Origin: Octopus vulgaris
Taxonomy: Eukaryota
Length of the DNA stretch: 64,000 nucleotides
Direction of reading: 5' to 3'
NCBI GenBank assembly: GCA_951406725.2
Contig: OX597821.1
Span: 93,868,001-93,932,000, forward strand
In this document: piece by piece, positions 1 to 13,021 of the stretch
Position numbering within the stretch: the stretch's first letter is position 1
Layout: each line of letters begins with the position of its first letter
The notes under the pieces: generated by a model
Database searches by the model: none
What the model saw: the letters and a program-made list of their open reading frames with translations, nothing else
What the model was told of the DNA's origin: nothing
Position numbers and translations under genes: made by a program

Positions 1-765
1 ATCTCTGGAAAACTGGATATTGAAATGATGATGTGTGTTTTTATGATGGCATATGTTTGACATGTCCTCAGCACTTTGTCTCTTGTCTTGGGCCGTTGTT
101 GTCTGGCATACACACATGGCAACAGAGTGAATAGTCAAATTTTGTTGTTCTGTGTGTCATGGCTTTTTTGGCACAGTGTTTATGGCTGCCCTTCCTATCA
201 CCTGCCATTTTAAAGCAGGGGTTTGGTACATTTGTCATACTACTAATACTACTGCTTCATGACTAAACTGTACTCTTTACCATGTATCAGTTTTTATGTG
301 GAGTTACTGCTCTCCTGGAGGAGTAATAATGTCTGGATAAATACTTATACAGAAAAACTAAAAATAAGTGATATAAGCATACTCAGTTGAAGGCAGTGCT
401 TCAGTTGGCATAAGCCATTATTGCTAAGCCAACCTATAAAAATTTCAGATCTAGGAAATGTCTAGGGTGCTCCAAGACATATCTCTTCAGACTGACAAAA
501 TTATCATAGTAGACTACTATTCAGATATCATAATGAAATGAAGGAAGATAAGTGTATACGTATACTCTGATAGACATTTTAATACTTTTCGATTAGAAAA
601 ACACCTGGAGGCCTCAAAGAAAACTTATCCAATGAAACAATCTCAAAACTGGAAATATGAGACAACATTGATATAATTTATTCTGTCGACACGTATTTAG
701 CTTAGCTAACTGAAAGAGATTAAGAGTGAAACAAGCAGCATCAGTAAGAGCTGGAATACTGGTAA

Positions 766-992
766 ATCATCATCATCATCATCATCGTTTAACGTCCGCT
801 TTCCATGCTAGCATGGGTTGGATGGTGCAATTGGAGTCTGGGAAGCCAGAAGGCTGCACCAGGCTCCGGTCTTATCTGGCAATGTTTCTACAGCTGGATG
901 CCCTTCCTAACGCCAACCACTCCGTGAGTGTAGTGGGTGCATTTTACGTGCCACCTGCACGGAAGCCAGTCGAGGCGGCACTTGCTTCGGCC
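766..992 (-). mobile_element. RTE 3' fragment (family C). Further copies near 2380, 6380, 15220, 17905, 19085, 20829, 21895, 22415, 26200, 29528, 39220, 41331, 43616, 45584, 55890, 61811
   Basis: (CAT)n-CGTTTAACGTCCGCTTTCCATGCTAGCATGGGTTGGA...GCTGGATGCCCTTCCTAACGCCAACCACTCC consensus. Confidence 0.85.
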
Positions 993-2589
993 TAATGAAT
1001 AACATAAACAAAAACATAAAAACCATAGCCGAGCTCACAACTTTAAATACTGTCCGGACAGCAATCATTACTAGGCACTTTAGAACATTCTATGGGAGGT
1101 GCTTTTAGTTTGCTTACACAGCCCAAACTATTGATCCTTTCAGGGTCAATAAAATAAGTACCAGTTGAACTCTGGGGTTGATGCTATTTCCCTACCCACT
1201 CACCTGAAAGTGCTGGCCTTGTACCAATATTTGAAACCAATATTATAGCACACTTTACTCATGCATATCCTATAAATTCATCTTCCAATACACAACATAT
1301 TCACCACCCAGTACTATAACATGCCTTATACGGCACATTATTCTGCAATTACCTGACCATGAAATAACACAACTTAATCATCTCCCAGTATTACAACATA
1401 ACTATTCTGCACCACACAAATAATTTCCGCTATAACACAACTTAAGGGCAGCAAACTGGCAGAATTGTTACAGCAATTTATGTTCTAAGTTCAAATTCTG
1501 CAGAGGTTGACTTTGCCTTTCATCCTTTCAGGGTCAATAAAATAAGTACCAGTTGAACTTTGGGGTTGATGTTAATACCCTACCCACCCACCCCACCAAA
1601 ATTGCTGGCCTTGTACCAATATTTGAAACCAATATTATAGCACACCGTACTCATTGCATATCCTATAAAATCATCTTCCAGTTTTGTAACACCTATTTGC
1701 AAACCACATATTCCACACAAATACCTATCAATTTTATAACACAACTTAGAAATTGCATATTCTTATACAATCACTTCCTAATACTAATCACATCACATAT
1801 TTGACACGGTAACTTCCCAACACTATCATACAACCGCTGGAAGAAAACAACAGCAAAACAACGCAAAAGGAAATATTAAGACAAAACCCCACTATTACAG
1901 CAAATTAAATGTAACGAATTCCTTCCTTTCTTTCCTTCAAACATAATTCTATACTCATACAATGGAACATAAAGGTGTAGCTAGAGAAGTAGCACAAGAA
2001 GCACATGAAACATCTGTAATAACATAATCTGGAACTGGGTGCAGTGCAGGAAATCTATTTATGTGGTCTAGCAAAAATTCTTGGGAGGTCCTTGATACAA
2101 AAAGACTTTTTATAGGAAATAGGACAAAAGTTCCTTTCATCCTAGACAATGGGGTGTAATCTGATAATCTGGTTGAGTTGCTTTCTGTTTTTTGTTTTTA
2201 TAACTACACATAGATACAGGCATGTGGTTGATCAGTTTGATTCCAGCTCAGTCCCACACCATAGCACCTCAGACAAATGTCTTCTACTATAGCTCCAAGT
2301 TGACCAGAGCATTATGAGTGGATTTGGTAGACGGAAAGTGAAAAGAAGCCCATCAGGGTCATGTGATAATACCTGTACCGGCATCATGTAAAAAAGCACC
2401 CAGCACACTCTGTAAAATAGTGGGCAGGGCATCCGCCTGTAGAAATCAAACCAAATCAGACTGGAGCCTGGTGCAGCTCTCCAAGCTTGCCAGCTCTGGT
2501 CAAACTGTCCAACCAATGCCAGCATGAAAAACAGACATTAAAGGAGGAGGATGATAATGATGATGATGTTTGTGTGTGTACATTGATAT

Positions 2590-2997
2590 GCAGGAGTGGC
2601 TGTGTGGTAAGTAGCTTGTTTACCAACCACATGGTTCCGGGTTCAATTCCACTGCGTGGCATCTTGGGCGAGTGTCTTTTGGTATAGCCCTGGGCCGACC
2701 AATGCCTTGTGAGTGAATTTGGTAGACGGAAACTGAAAGAAGCCTGTCGTATATATGTATATATATATATGTATGTGTATGTGTGTTTGTGTGTCTGTGT
2801 TTGTCCCCCTAGCATTGCTTGACAACCGATGCCGGTGTGTTTACGTCCCCGTCACTTAGCAGTTCGGCAAAAGAGGCCAATAGATTAAGTACTGGGCTTA
2901 CAAAGAATAAGTCCCGGGGTCAATTTGCACGACTAAAGGCGGTGCTCCAGCATGGCCGCAGTCAAATGACTGAAACAAGTAAAAGAGTAAAAGAGTA
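2590..2997 (+). mobile_element. SINE family A
   Basis: Colinear with 22585-23001. Confidence 0.9.
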
Positions 2998-4014
2998 TGT
3001 AATTTTGAGGGAAGGTTTTAATTTATATTACTTTAAGTCATTAAGTTTGTTTTATAAAACCAAAGGTGGGTTGATATCAAAAGTGTTAAAATAAATGGGA
3101 AGCTTTCTCTTATAGAGTTTGAGGGTTACTTTCTTATTGGACCAAAATCTACCTTGTTATTGAACCAGGGGCTGGTGATAAAAAGCAGGCATGTACTGAG
3201 GGTGCTTCAACTGGCTGTACTCAGATCTGCAGCCTTTCACCAGTATTAAAAATCAATAATATTGATATTGTTGTACCAGCTGCTAAATACTCACTAGATG
3301 GAGCCACAATTTGGTTTAAATTTTACAGTTCACATACCACTATGTTCTACACTAAACGCATGCACTTCCTGATATTATCACACCACTATAACACCCACCA
3401 CCTCTACTACTGTTGCAGTAAATTAGATGTGTAAATGTGTTTTTGTTAGAGGGAGGCCAGTTGGTGTTCTGGTGAAATATTTTGATGCAGTTTTTAAAAA
3501 AATTCTTTTACTGGTTTCAGCTAGTAAAAACACTGCAGTTATCCTGGGACACTGACTTCAAAGGTTTTTAGTCATATCAATACCAACTCGTATGTAATTA
3601 TTTTAGTGCAGCTAGTCTGGTGTGTGTGTATCGAATTTTCAAGACCTGTTTCATTGATGTATCAAGAAATATTTATTCTATATGTTTCACACACAGTTTA
3701 GCAGCTGCAGGCATGGTTGTGAGGTTAAGAAGTTTGCTTCTCAACAATGTGGTTTGATGTTCAGTCCTACTGCACAGCACTTTGGGCAAGTGTTTTTTTT
3801 TTCTACTGTAGATCTGGGACAATCAGTATTTTGTGAGGGAATTTGATAGTTGTAAAGTGAAAGAAACTGCTGTGTATGTCTGTTTATGTGTACATGCATG
3901 TGTGTGCGTGCTTGGCTGTGTGGTAAGAAGTTTGCTTCCCAACCATATGATTCTATGTTCAATCCCACCGCTTGGCACCTTGCATAATTCATGGAATCCA
4001 TATCTTATACTACT

Positions 4015-4392
4015 AGGAGTGGGTGTGTGGTAAGTAGCTTGCTTACCTACGACATGGTTCCGGATTCAGTCCCATTGCATGGCACCTTGGGCAGTTGTCT
4101 TCTACTATAGCTTTGGGCTGACCAAAGACTTGTGAGTGGATTTGGTAGACGGAAACTGAGAGAAGCCTGTCGTATATATATGTGTGTTTGTGTGTCTGTG
4201 TTTGCCCCCCCCCCAACATTGCTTGACAATTGATGCAGGTGTGTTTATGTCCCTGTAACTTAGCGGTTTGGCAAAAGAGATTGATACAATAAGTACTAGG
4301 CTTACAAAGAATAAGTCCTTGGGTCGATTTGCTTGACTAAAGGCAGTGTTCCAGCATGACTGCAGTCAAATGACTGAAACAAGTGAAAGAAG
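4015..4392 (+). mobile_element. SINE family A
   Basis: Colinear with consensus. Confidence 0.88.
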
Positions 4393-4601
4393 ATAGATAG
4401 AGAGCGAGAGAGAGAGAGGGAGAGAGGAAGAGACAGACAGACAGACAGGATAGGATAGGATAAATCCCAGCTGTTTCCTCTTGAAACACATCTGCTTATT
4501 CTATTATTACAATCCTATTTGAGGTCTCGGTTGCTGTTGTACGTAAGTCAAAACACATATTAAAATTGAGAATTATAGAAATATTATTTGCAGAGTTATT
4601 G

Positions 4602-5268
4602 TATAACAAAACAGGAAATTGGAAATTTTTTTGTTCTTTATTCACCACTAGCAGTATCACCCAGCGTTGCTCGGGTTTGTAAGGGAAATAACTATATAAG
4701 CATTTTTAGAGAGTTACTTCCCTTATAGATGCCAATTCGGGCTTTCTTAGTCATTTCTGTTTTGGTGTCTTCAAGCCATGAAGTCGTTGTTCTAAAAGAA
4801 CGCTGGTCTCCTTGACAACGCTTTACGAGGGAGGGAAGAAGGGGGAGAAGCAAACAGGTGCAGGTGTGACCATGGACGCCAACTCCGCCGCCATCGACAC
4901 ACGAGAAATTATGCATTAAAATGGAATAAAAAATGATGTTAAATTATTTTTTAAATCGTAGACTCATCGTAGACGCGCGCTAATACTCAGACGGGCTTGA
5001 TATGAATCACGACTATAAGATATCCGAATTTGGTTAAACTGCACCGCAAAATGTGGGAGTAGTTAGGAATCTAAATCGAAGGGGACAGACACTCACACAA
5101 CTACAGTTTTATATATATAGATTTCACATGTTTCATCTGCTAATAGGAATTACAAAGTTTTACATGTCTGTAAAACATGTAAAACTTCGTAATTCCTCTT
5201 AGCGAATGAAACACATGCAATGCTGAATAAATAATGCCCCAAAATTTCTAGTTTTCTGTTATATTATA
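4602..5268. repeat. Fold-back (palindromic MITE-like) element, about 90-bp arms, interrupted by the Helitron
   Basis: With 4648-5121 removed, the left arm ...TTTATTCACCA|TTTCACATGTTTCAT...GAATTACAAAGTTTTACATG is the diverged reverse complement of CATGTAAAACTTCGTAATTCC...TTCTGTTATATTATA. Confidence 0.75.
4648..5121 (-). mobile_element. Non-autonomous Helitron
   Basis: Minus strand starts TC(TATATATAAAA), ends with hairpin CCCGAGCAACGCTGGG and CTAG, inserted between A and T. Second copy at 23875-24270. Confidence 0.8.
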
Positions 5269-5303
5269 CATACATATATTTTACATCATTCTAAATTTGT
5301 ATA

Positions 5304-6679
5304 CAGACATGATAGAAGTAAATAGACACCTTTATAATCATTAAAATTTATTTAAATCCGAAATTATACATTCAAATTATTTATTAATTGTTATAATGTG
5401 AATATTTAATATTTAGGAGACATGCCCTTTGCATTTTTCAATGCAAGGACCTTATTAGACATGCTACTGATCAGATGACAAATATATTCTCTTGAGGAAT
5501 TTCTTGCCAAATTTCTTGCAGTAATTTCAAAAGATTTGGCTTTGAGAATGCTTTCTTGTTCATTCTACGATGTGTCCTGTCCATTATGCTCCAGAGATGT
5601 TCAATAGGGTTCATATCTGGTAACTGGATTGGTCGTGCAAATTGCTAATCCTATTCTCTTCCAACCAATTTTGAGTCTTTGTAGCCATGTGATAAGGAAC
5701 CCCATTTTCCATAAATAAAGAGTCTTCTTTCGTCATTTCAGTACTAGAGAAAATTTGAAGGAGTCCTTTCTGTTATATTGTCACATATTTATCTGAGTTT
5801 ATGTTTCCCTCACACTCCACCAGCTCTGATCAACTACCATGTTTCATTGTTGGCTGCAATCTTTTCACATAAAGTTCTTGATCACAGAGTCTCCAAACTC
5901 ACACTTGACCACTGTTAGAAAATACAACAATTCTAGATTCATCAGAGAAATTTTAGAGTCCCAAAATGCTGGTGGCTTCTCCACCATCTCACTAGCCCAA
6001 TCTTTTCTCTGCTTGATATTGGCTGGTTGAATAAATGACTTCTTCCTTGCTGCTCTACCATAGTAGCTGAGTTTCTGGAGATACCTGACAGCTGTTCTGA
6101 GACTGACGTCAACTTATTGTGCTATCTTTGAGGCCTAGCAATGAAGATTATCTTCCACACTTCTCTTAACAAAATGAAGGGTTGTCAGAGGGCCCTGGTT
6201 GACCTGCTGTGGACTCCTTTCCCTCTCTGGTGAATTGCACAATCACTCAATAAACTGTAGAAAGTCAGATCCCAAGTTGGCTAAGTCCACCTTCAGATTG
6301 ACCCACAATACAGCCTCTTAGAAATTCGGACAATTCCAAGACTTCATTTATATGTGGCATTTTTAAAGTCACACATAGAGCCTGTGGCACATAAAAAAGC
6401 ACCATCCGCTCGTGGCCGTTTGCCAGCCTCGTCTGGCATGTAAAAAGCACCCACTACACTCATGGAGTGGTTGGTGTTAGGAAGAGCATCCAGCTGTAGA
6501 AACATTGCCAGATCAGTCTGGGCCTGGTGCAGCCTTCTGGCTTCCCAGACCCCAGTTGCACCGTCCAACCCATGCTAGTATGGAAAGCGGACGCTAAACG
6601 ATGATGATGATAAACCTTTTCATGTTAAAATAAACATAAAATGAAGTTTTATGGGGTCTGTTTACTTCTGTCATGTCTG
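5304..6679 (-). mobile_element. Decayed Tc1-family DNA transposon (DD34E-like) with TIRs, containing an RTE 3' fragment
   Basis: TIRs CAGACATGATAGAAGTAAATAGACACC and GGGGTCTGTTTACTTCTGTCATGTCTG; TA on the left. Minus-strand remnants YYGRAARKK...WDS..FSDES, PTMKHG, FMENGVPYH...NWL, LPDMNPIEHLWSIM, with stops and frameshifts. Confidence 0.9.
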
Positions 6680-7354
6680 TGTATGTGATGTGGGTATGCT
6701 TGCATGCATTTATGTATGTCAGGGAGTATTTAGAAACAACATTGACCCGTCAACAAATTGTCTGCTGGCTCTGCGTCTTTTTTGAAATTCCTCTCGGATA
6801 CAAAATCCCTTACTTGAAAAACTATTGAGAGTTGGCAACAGGAAGAGCATCTTGCCTCAGTTACCTCCCATCTAAGCCATGCTAGGATGGAAAAATGTGA
6901 AAGCACAGGCATCAGTGGCTTGAGTGTTGGGCTTACAATCACGAGGTTGTGAGTTCGATTCTCAGACTGGGCTGTGTGTTGTGTTCTTGATACTTTATTT
7001 CACATTGTTCCAGTTTATTCAGCTGTAGAAATGAGTTGCAACATCATTGGTGCCAAGCTGTATCGGCCCCTTTGCCTTTCCCTTTGATAACATTGGTGAC
7101 ATGGAGAGGGATGACTGGTATGCTTGGGTGACAGCTGGTCTTCCATAAACAACCTTACTCAGACTTGTGTTTCAGAGGGGAACTTTCTAGATTCAGTCCT
7201 ATGGTCATTTCTTACTGAAGTGGGTCTCAAAATATAGAAAAATAGGTATTAAATGAAAAAAAAAAAACTGTATGTTCTATATGAAATAGTTAAGTTACTA
7301 TTTCATGTTAAGAGACACAGCTTAGAGCACAATTTCTTGCCAATATTCACACAC

Positions 7355-7655
7355 ATAGCCTTGTGAATGGATTTGGTAAATGGAAACTGAAAGAAGCCTG
7401 TCGTGTGTATATATATATATATGTTTGTGTGTGTGTGTGTGTGTATGTTTGTGTGTCTGTGTTTGTCCTCCCACCATTGCTTGATAACCGTTGCTGGTGT
7501 GTTTACATACCCGTAACTTAGCAGTTCAGCATAAGAGAAACCATAGGATAAGTAGTGGGCTTACAGAGAATAAGTCTTGGGGTTCGATTTGTTCAACTAA
7601 AGGTGGTGCTCCAGCATGGCTGCAGTCAAACGACTGAAACAAATAAAAAAAAAGA
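7355..7655 (+). mobile_element. SINE family A, 5'-truncated
   Basis: Colinear with 3' two-thirds of consensus. Confidence 0.85.
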
Positions 7656-8009
7656 AAAGAAAACTAACAGTCATGTGTACTGAAACATTTACACACATAC
7701 TCAACGGTGGTGCCCCAGCATGGCCGCGGCCTTCGAGCTAAAACCTTTTTAAGGATTTATACATATCTACACATGAACATTTTGCATATTAGTATATCTG
7801 TATGTACACATACACACACACATCACACATGTATATCCATTAATTTCAGTTTGCTTATCCCCCCCTCCCCGAGGTCTTTAAAATGACATCAATGAGATAA
7901 GAATTTAATTTGATGTAATAGTGAGATTGTAGCATCCATGGAGACAGACAGTTGGAAGGAGGGACAGGGATAAGGATGGGATGGTAGAGGGGTTGTTGTT
8001 GAAAGTATT

Positions 8010-8133
8010 AACCACATGGTTCCGGGTTCAGTCCCACTGCGTGGCATCTATGGCAAGTGTCTTCTGCTATAGCCCCAGGCCGATCAATGCCTTGTGAGTG
8101 GATTTGGTAGACAGAAACTGAAAGAAGCCTGTC

Positions 8134-8171
<38 letters not shown>

Positions 8172-8392
8172 ATGTGTGTGTATATGTTTGTGTGTATGTG
8201 TTTGTCCCCCTAGCATTGCTTGACAACCGATGCTGCTGTGTTTACGTCCCCATCACTTAGCGGTTCGGCAAAAGAGACCAATAGGATAAGTACTGGGCTT
8301 ACAGAGAATAAGTCCTGGGGTCAATTTGCTCGACTAAAAGGCAGTGCTCCAGCATGGCCGTAGTCAAATGACTGCAACAAGTAAAAGAGTAT
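8010..8392 (+). mobile_element. SINE family A
   Basis: Colinear with consensus. Confidence 0.88.
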
Positions 8393-8785
8393 ACACACAG
8401 AATGTGAGTTGCTGGAGGAGGAGGAGGAGATGATGAGTAGTACACTCACAGAGAGTGGGAAGGTGAGGTAGGTTATCAGTCGAAAGAAGAGGAGTGAAGA
8501 TGGTAAAAATAGTGAGAGAGGAGGAGATATTAGAAAGTGAGGGATGCTAACAGAGAAAAGAGATGGGAGAGAGAGAGAGGAAGAGAACACATTTAGAAAA
8601 TGAAAATATCACATGCATTAACCCCTTAACATTCCCATTATTCTCTCAAAAGTAAGGCTTTTTTATTCTCATTGTTTCGAATTAACCATGTGTTATCTTG
8701 TAGCTGTTGAGATTTGGATGAGGTCACTTAATTTTTTTGGAATGATTTTGTAGGGTTCATGTGAGAAATCAGATCTGGTCAGTAT

Positions 8786-9180
8786 ACTCTTTTACTTGTT
8801 TCAGTCATTTGACTGCGGCCATGCTGGAGCAGCGCCTTTAGTCGAGCAACTCGACCCCGGGACTTATTCTTTTTGTAAGCCCAGTACTTATTCTATCGGT
8901 CTCTTTTGCCGAACCGCTAAGTGACGGGGACGTAAACACACCAGCATCGGTTGTCGAGCAATGCTAGGGGGACAAACACAGACACACAAGCACACATACA
9001 TATATACATATATACGACAGGCTTCTTTCAGTTTCCGTCTACCAAATCCACTCACAATGCATTGGTCGGCCCGGGGCTATAGCAGAAGACACTTGCCCAA
9101 GATGCCACACAGTGGGACTGAACCCAGAACCATGTGGTTTGGTTAGCAAGCTACTTACCACACAGCCACTCCTGCGCCTA
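8786..9180 (-). mobile_element. SINE family A inserted in a piggyBac-like MITE
   Basis: Reverse complement of consensus; MITE halves on either side. Confidence 0.88.
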
Positions 9181-10023
9181 TGAATATAAAACAGGTAGAA
9201 TATTTTGACCGGTTTAAATACTAAAGTGTTAAAGGAAAAGATACATGCAGATACATATGCTTTCTCTCTTCCCCTTCTCTTCCCTCTTTGTCCTTCTCTC
9301 AATTTCCTTTCCCACTCTTTTTTTTCTTCCTCTCTCTATCTCTTCAGGGAGATGGTATTGAACATTAGTATTTTGTTAGAGTTATTGCTTTTTACAGATC
9401 GTTGCCCTCCTTCTTTATCACTAATAACTGGACCATGTAGGTTCGTTAAAAGCTTAGTCAGAGATGGGACAGAGTTCATGAACTTATTAACTCAGGTTCC
9501 CGACTGATGTGATTGACCCAGTTGTTGTTCAGCTTGAAACTAGCATCTGCAGCATGTTGGTGAAGCGGTGCCTCATTTAGCATGGGAAACTGAGGTAAAT
9601 AGACCAAATTTCTGTACCTTGTTTAGTTTAGGTGTACAGCACGATGGCTATGACAAGGATTGATCTTTGGACGGTATGATCAACAGTCCACCATAGTGCA
9701 TATTCAAAAACCCCAAGCTCAAACAAATCACATGCATACAAAATGAGATCCTCACACTATCGGATGCTACATCACTTTCAATAACCAGTATTCACAATTG
9801 TTCTGTAAATGGAGCCATCATTGTATTGTTGTGTAAGTGGCTCAGTGAGTACTTGAAATTACAGCACCAATTCATTTAATAGGCTTCCACACAATTTCCG
9901 TTCATCTAATTTCAGTCACAAAGCTGTGAGAGAAAACAGCCTCCCAGGGTGCTACACTGTGGGATTAAACTTGAGGCTTCATGGTTTTAAAGAGAATTTC
10001 TTAATCATTCTACTATATTATCA

Positions 10024-10246
10024 GGCTGGCAGAAACGTTTGCATGCCGGGTGAAATGCGTAGCCGTATTTCGTCTGTCGTTACGTTCCGAGTTCAAATTA
10101 CGCCGAGGTCGACTTTGCCTTTCATCCTTTCGGGGTCGATAAATAAAGTACCAGTTTCGCACTGGGGTCGATGTAATCGACCTAATCCGTTTGTTTTTCC
10201 TTGTTTGTCCCCTCTGTGTTTAGCCCCTTGTGGGTAGTAAAGAAAT
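10024..10246 (+). mobile_element. SINE family B
   Basis: Colinear with 49655-49886. Confidence 0.88.
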
Positions 10247-10938
10247 ATATATTATGTCTGTGCCACAACATACAAATACACAACTGCCAATGAAGAGATC
10301 ACAACATGGTAGCTTGGACATGCGAGAAATAGCTGTTAATCTCCCTCAAATCATAATCTAGCATTGTAAATAAATAATGGATATAATACTACAGGTTGTA
10401 GTTTTTGACATAACCCTAAAAAAAAAAAGACTGGAATGACTTTGAACTTAAATCTGATTAATCAAAGTTGATCTGCGGCTCACCAACACCATACTGACTT
10501 ACCTCTTTACATTCAGCTTTTTAAGAGAGGTATATGTCAAGTGAAGCAGATATAATTATCGTAAATCTGTGCAGCTCTTATTAACTTGACATGATAAAAT
10601 GGATTTAAAAATGAGAACAATGATGACGTCAACCACTTTTTAGATTGAGGATCCTTTTGACAATGATGTCAAGATGTTTTCTCTCATTTGTCCGAACAGA
10701 ATGGCTTGTCGTTGATGTTGCTCATTTGTCCTACTCAACCCTGATCCAACTGTCCTTTGATCAAAGGTTTTCTGTCCTATCTCTCTTTCTGACATAGTGT
10801 ATCTAGGATTACATTATCCAATGTTTCCTTCTATTTATTTCTTTTATGACAGGAGGATAGGGTGTGATTTGAGAAAGATTTGACTACTATTTCTAGTAGA
10901 TTGAGTGACCTTTAGAAGCTCTGTTATTGGCACACAGG

Positions 10939-11145
10939 CAATGTTCCTTCTAATTTTTTGCAGTGGGTGTGCACAGAAATTTGCTTATGTGCAAGTTTTG
11001 TCTTCTTTTGCAAAGTATGTGCACATCTATTACTCAAACTTTTGCTGTGCAAAAAATTTCATTTCATCTTGAAAGCTTCATGTGTGCACATTTTTTCTTT
11101 TGTGCATTAGTTGTAAAATGTATGCGCAGCATAGAAGGAACACTG
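10939..11145. mobile_element. Old hAT-like MITE
   Basis: TIRs CAATGTTCCTTCTA / TAGAAGGAACACTG; only a degenerate 8-bp TSD. Confidence 0.55.
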
Positions 11146-11291
11146 CTCATAGACTGGTAAATTTCAAGCTATGGTGGCCTTAATAATGCGGGTTTTGTTT
11201 TTCTTTTTGTCATAAAAGTCTTATATTTATATATAGGTGAAAATCAACCCAAAAGACAAAAGGCAAAAGTCAACCCAAACCCATCAACCTT

Positions 11292-11692
11292 ACTCTTTTA
11301 CTTGTTTCAGTCATTTGACTGCTGCCATGCTGGAGCACCGCCTTTAATTGAGCAACTTGACCCCGGGACTTATTCTTTTGTAAGCCCAGTACTTATTCTA
11401 TTGGTCTTTTTTGCCGAACTGCGAAGTAACGGAGACGTAAACACACCAGCATCGGTTGTCAAGCAATGCTAGGGGCACAAACACAGACACACAAACACAC
11501 GCATATATATATATACATATACATATATACGACAGGCTTCTTTCAGTTTCCGTCTACCAAATCCGCTCACAAGGCTTTGGTCGGCCCGAAGCTATAGGAG
11601 AAGACACTTGCCCAAGGTGCCATGCAGTGGGACTGAACCCGGAACCATGTCGTTGGTAAACAAGCTACTTACCACACATCCACTCCTGCGCC
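11292..11692 (-). mobile_element. SINE family A
   Basis: Reverse complement of consensus. Confidence 0.9.
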
Positions 11693-11759
11693 TGGACAAA
11701 ATATTAAATTTGTTGATTCTTTTTACGTAGCTAGGCAGTAAGGGTAGAAGCAGAAAATC

Positions 11760-12290
11760 AGAAATTGATGCTGAGACTAGACTTGGCAAAGCAGTGGCAA
11801 TTTTCCAATGATTGGGATCAATATGGTCGTTCTCTTACTAAAGGATTAAACTTTGTACACATCTGTTGTTCATATAGCATTGTATACAGGTGAAGCATGG
11901 GGGTAAGATGGACAAGATTTGAAGTATAGTGAATGTTTTTCATCACTGGTACCTTAAAAATATCCTGAAGGTCATTTGGTGAGACCACATCACAAACAAT
12001 GAAATCATGAGATCTCTGCCCAGGTGAACTGCTAGACACTATCACAGCTGAAAGAAGGAAGCTGCTTGGCAATGTATTGCACATACTGTTGAAGAAACTG
12101 TCAAGGATAGCCATTGATTGGACAGTTAAAGGAAGAAGGAGAAATAGATGCAGGCTAGTAATGACGTGGTAACGGACTGTATGGGAAGGCTTGATTGAGA
12201 TCGGTGTCACCAGGGAAGAGCGATGCAGTTTGGCTTAGGATAATATCACATGGATAACTCTCATCACCCAATGCTCTTTGAGTGAACAAA
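11760..12290 (+). mobile_element. Ancient RTE LINE RT C-terminal remnant
   Basis: Degenerate RLGKA...IW...ALY.GEAW...FHHWYLKNILKVIW.DHITN.E...GNVL...GRR with many stops. Confidence 0.65.
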
Positions 12291-12295
12291 GAAAG

Positions 12296-12722
12296 CATCA
12301 TCATCATCATCATCGTCGTTTAATGTCCGTTTTCCGCGCTAGCACAGGTTGGACGGTTCGACCAGGGTCTGGGAAGCCAGGGGCTGCACCAGGCTCCAGT
12401 TTGATCTGGCAGTGTTTCTACAGCTGGATGCCCTTCCTAATGCCAACCACTCCGCGAGTGTAGTGGGTACATTTTACGTGTCACCTGCACAGGTGCCAGG
12501 GGAGTCTGGCATCGGCCACGATCGGTTGGTGCTTTTAACGTGCCACCGGCACGGAAGCCAGCCAAGGCGGCGCTGGCATCGGCCACGTTCGGATGGTGTT
12601 TTTTATGCGCAACCGGCACAGAAGCCAGTCGAGGCGGCGCTGGCATCGGCCATGTTCGGATGGTGCTTCTTATGTGCCACCGGCACAGAGGCCAGTCGAG
12701 GCGGCGCTGGCAACGGCCACGT
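12296..12722 (-). mobile_element. RTE 3' fragment (family C)
   Basis: Near-identical to 42173-42600. Confidence 0.88.
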
Positions 12723-13021
12723 TACATCTTTTATTCTTTTACAAATGATTAAATTGTTATTGTTGAGATGCATAAACATTGATCAGTTTGAAGGTCTTTG
12801 AACAAAGACCCATATATTCATTCAGAACATTGGATGTGTTATGTCTTTATTTGATCTAGGGGTATGTCTGGTATTGGTGTTTGTGAGTCTTATAGTAGAG
12901 ACCATCCTTTCTTTGTTATGGACATATTGTCTTTAAATTTAAATCATAAAGTATTTTAAAAACCACGAGGAGTTTGTTGGTTATCATATCAATAGGGATT
13001 TGTTGGTTGTCACATTAATAT

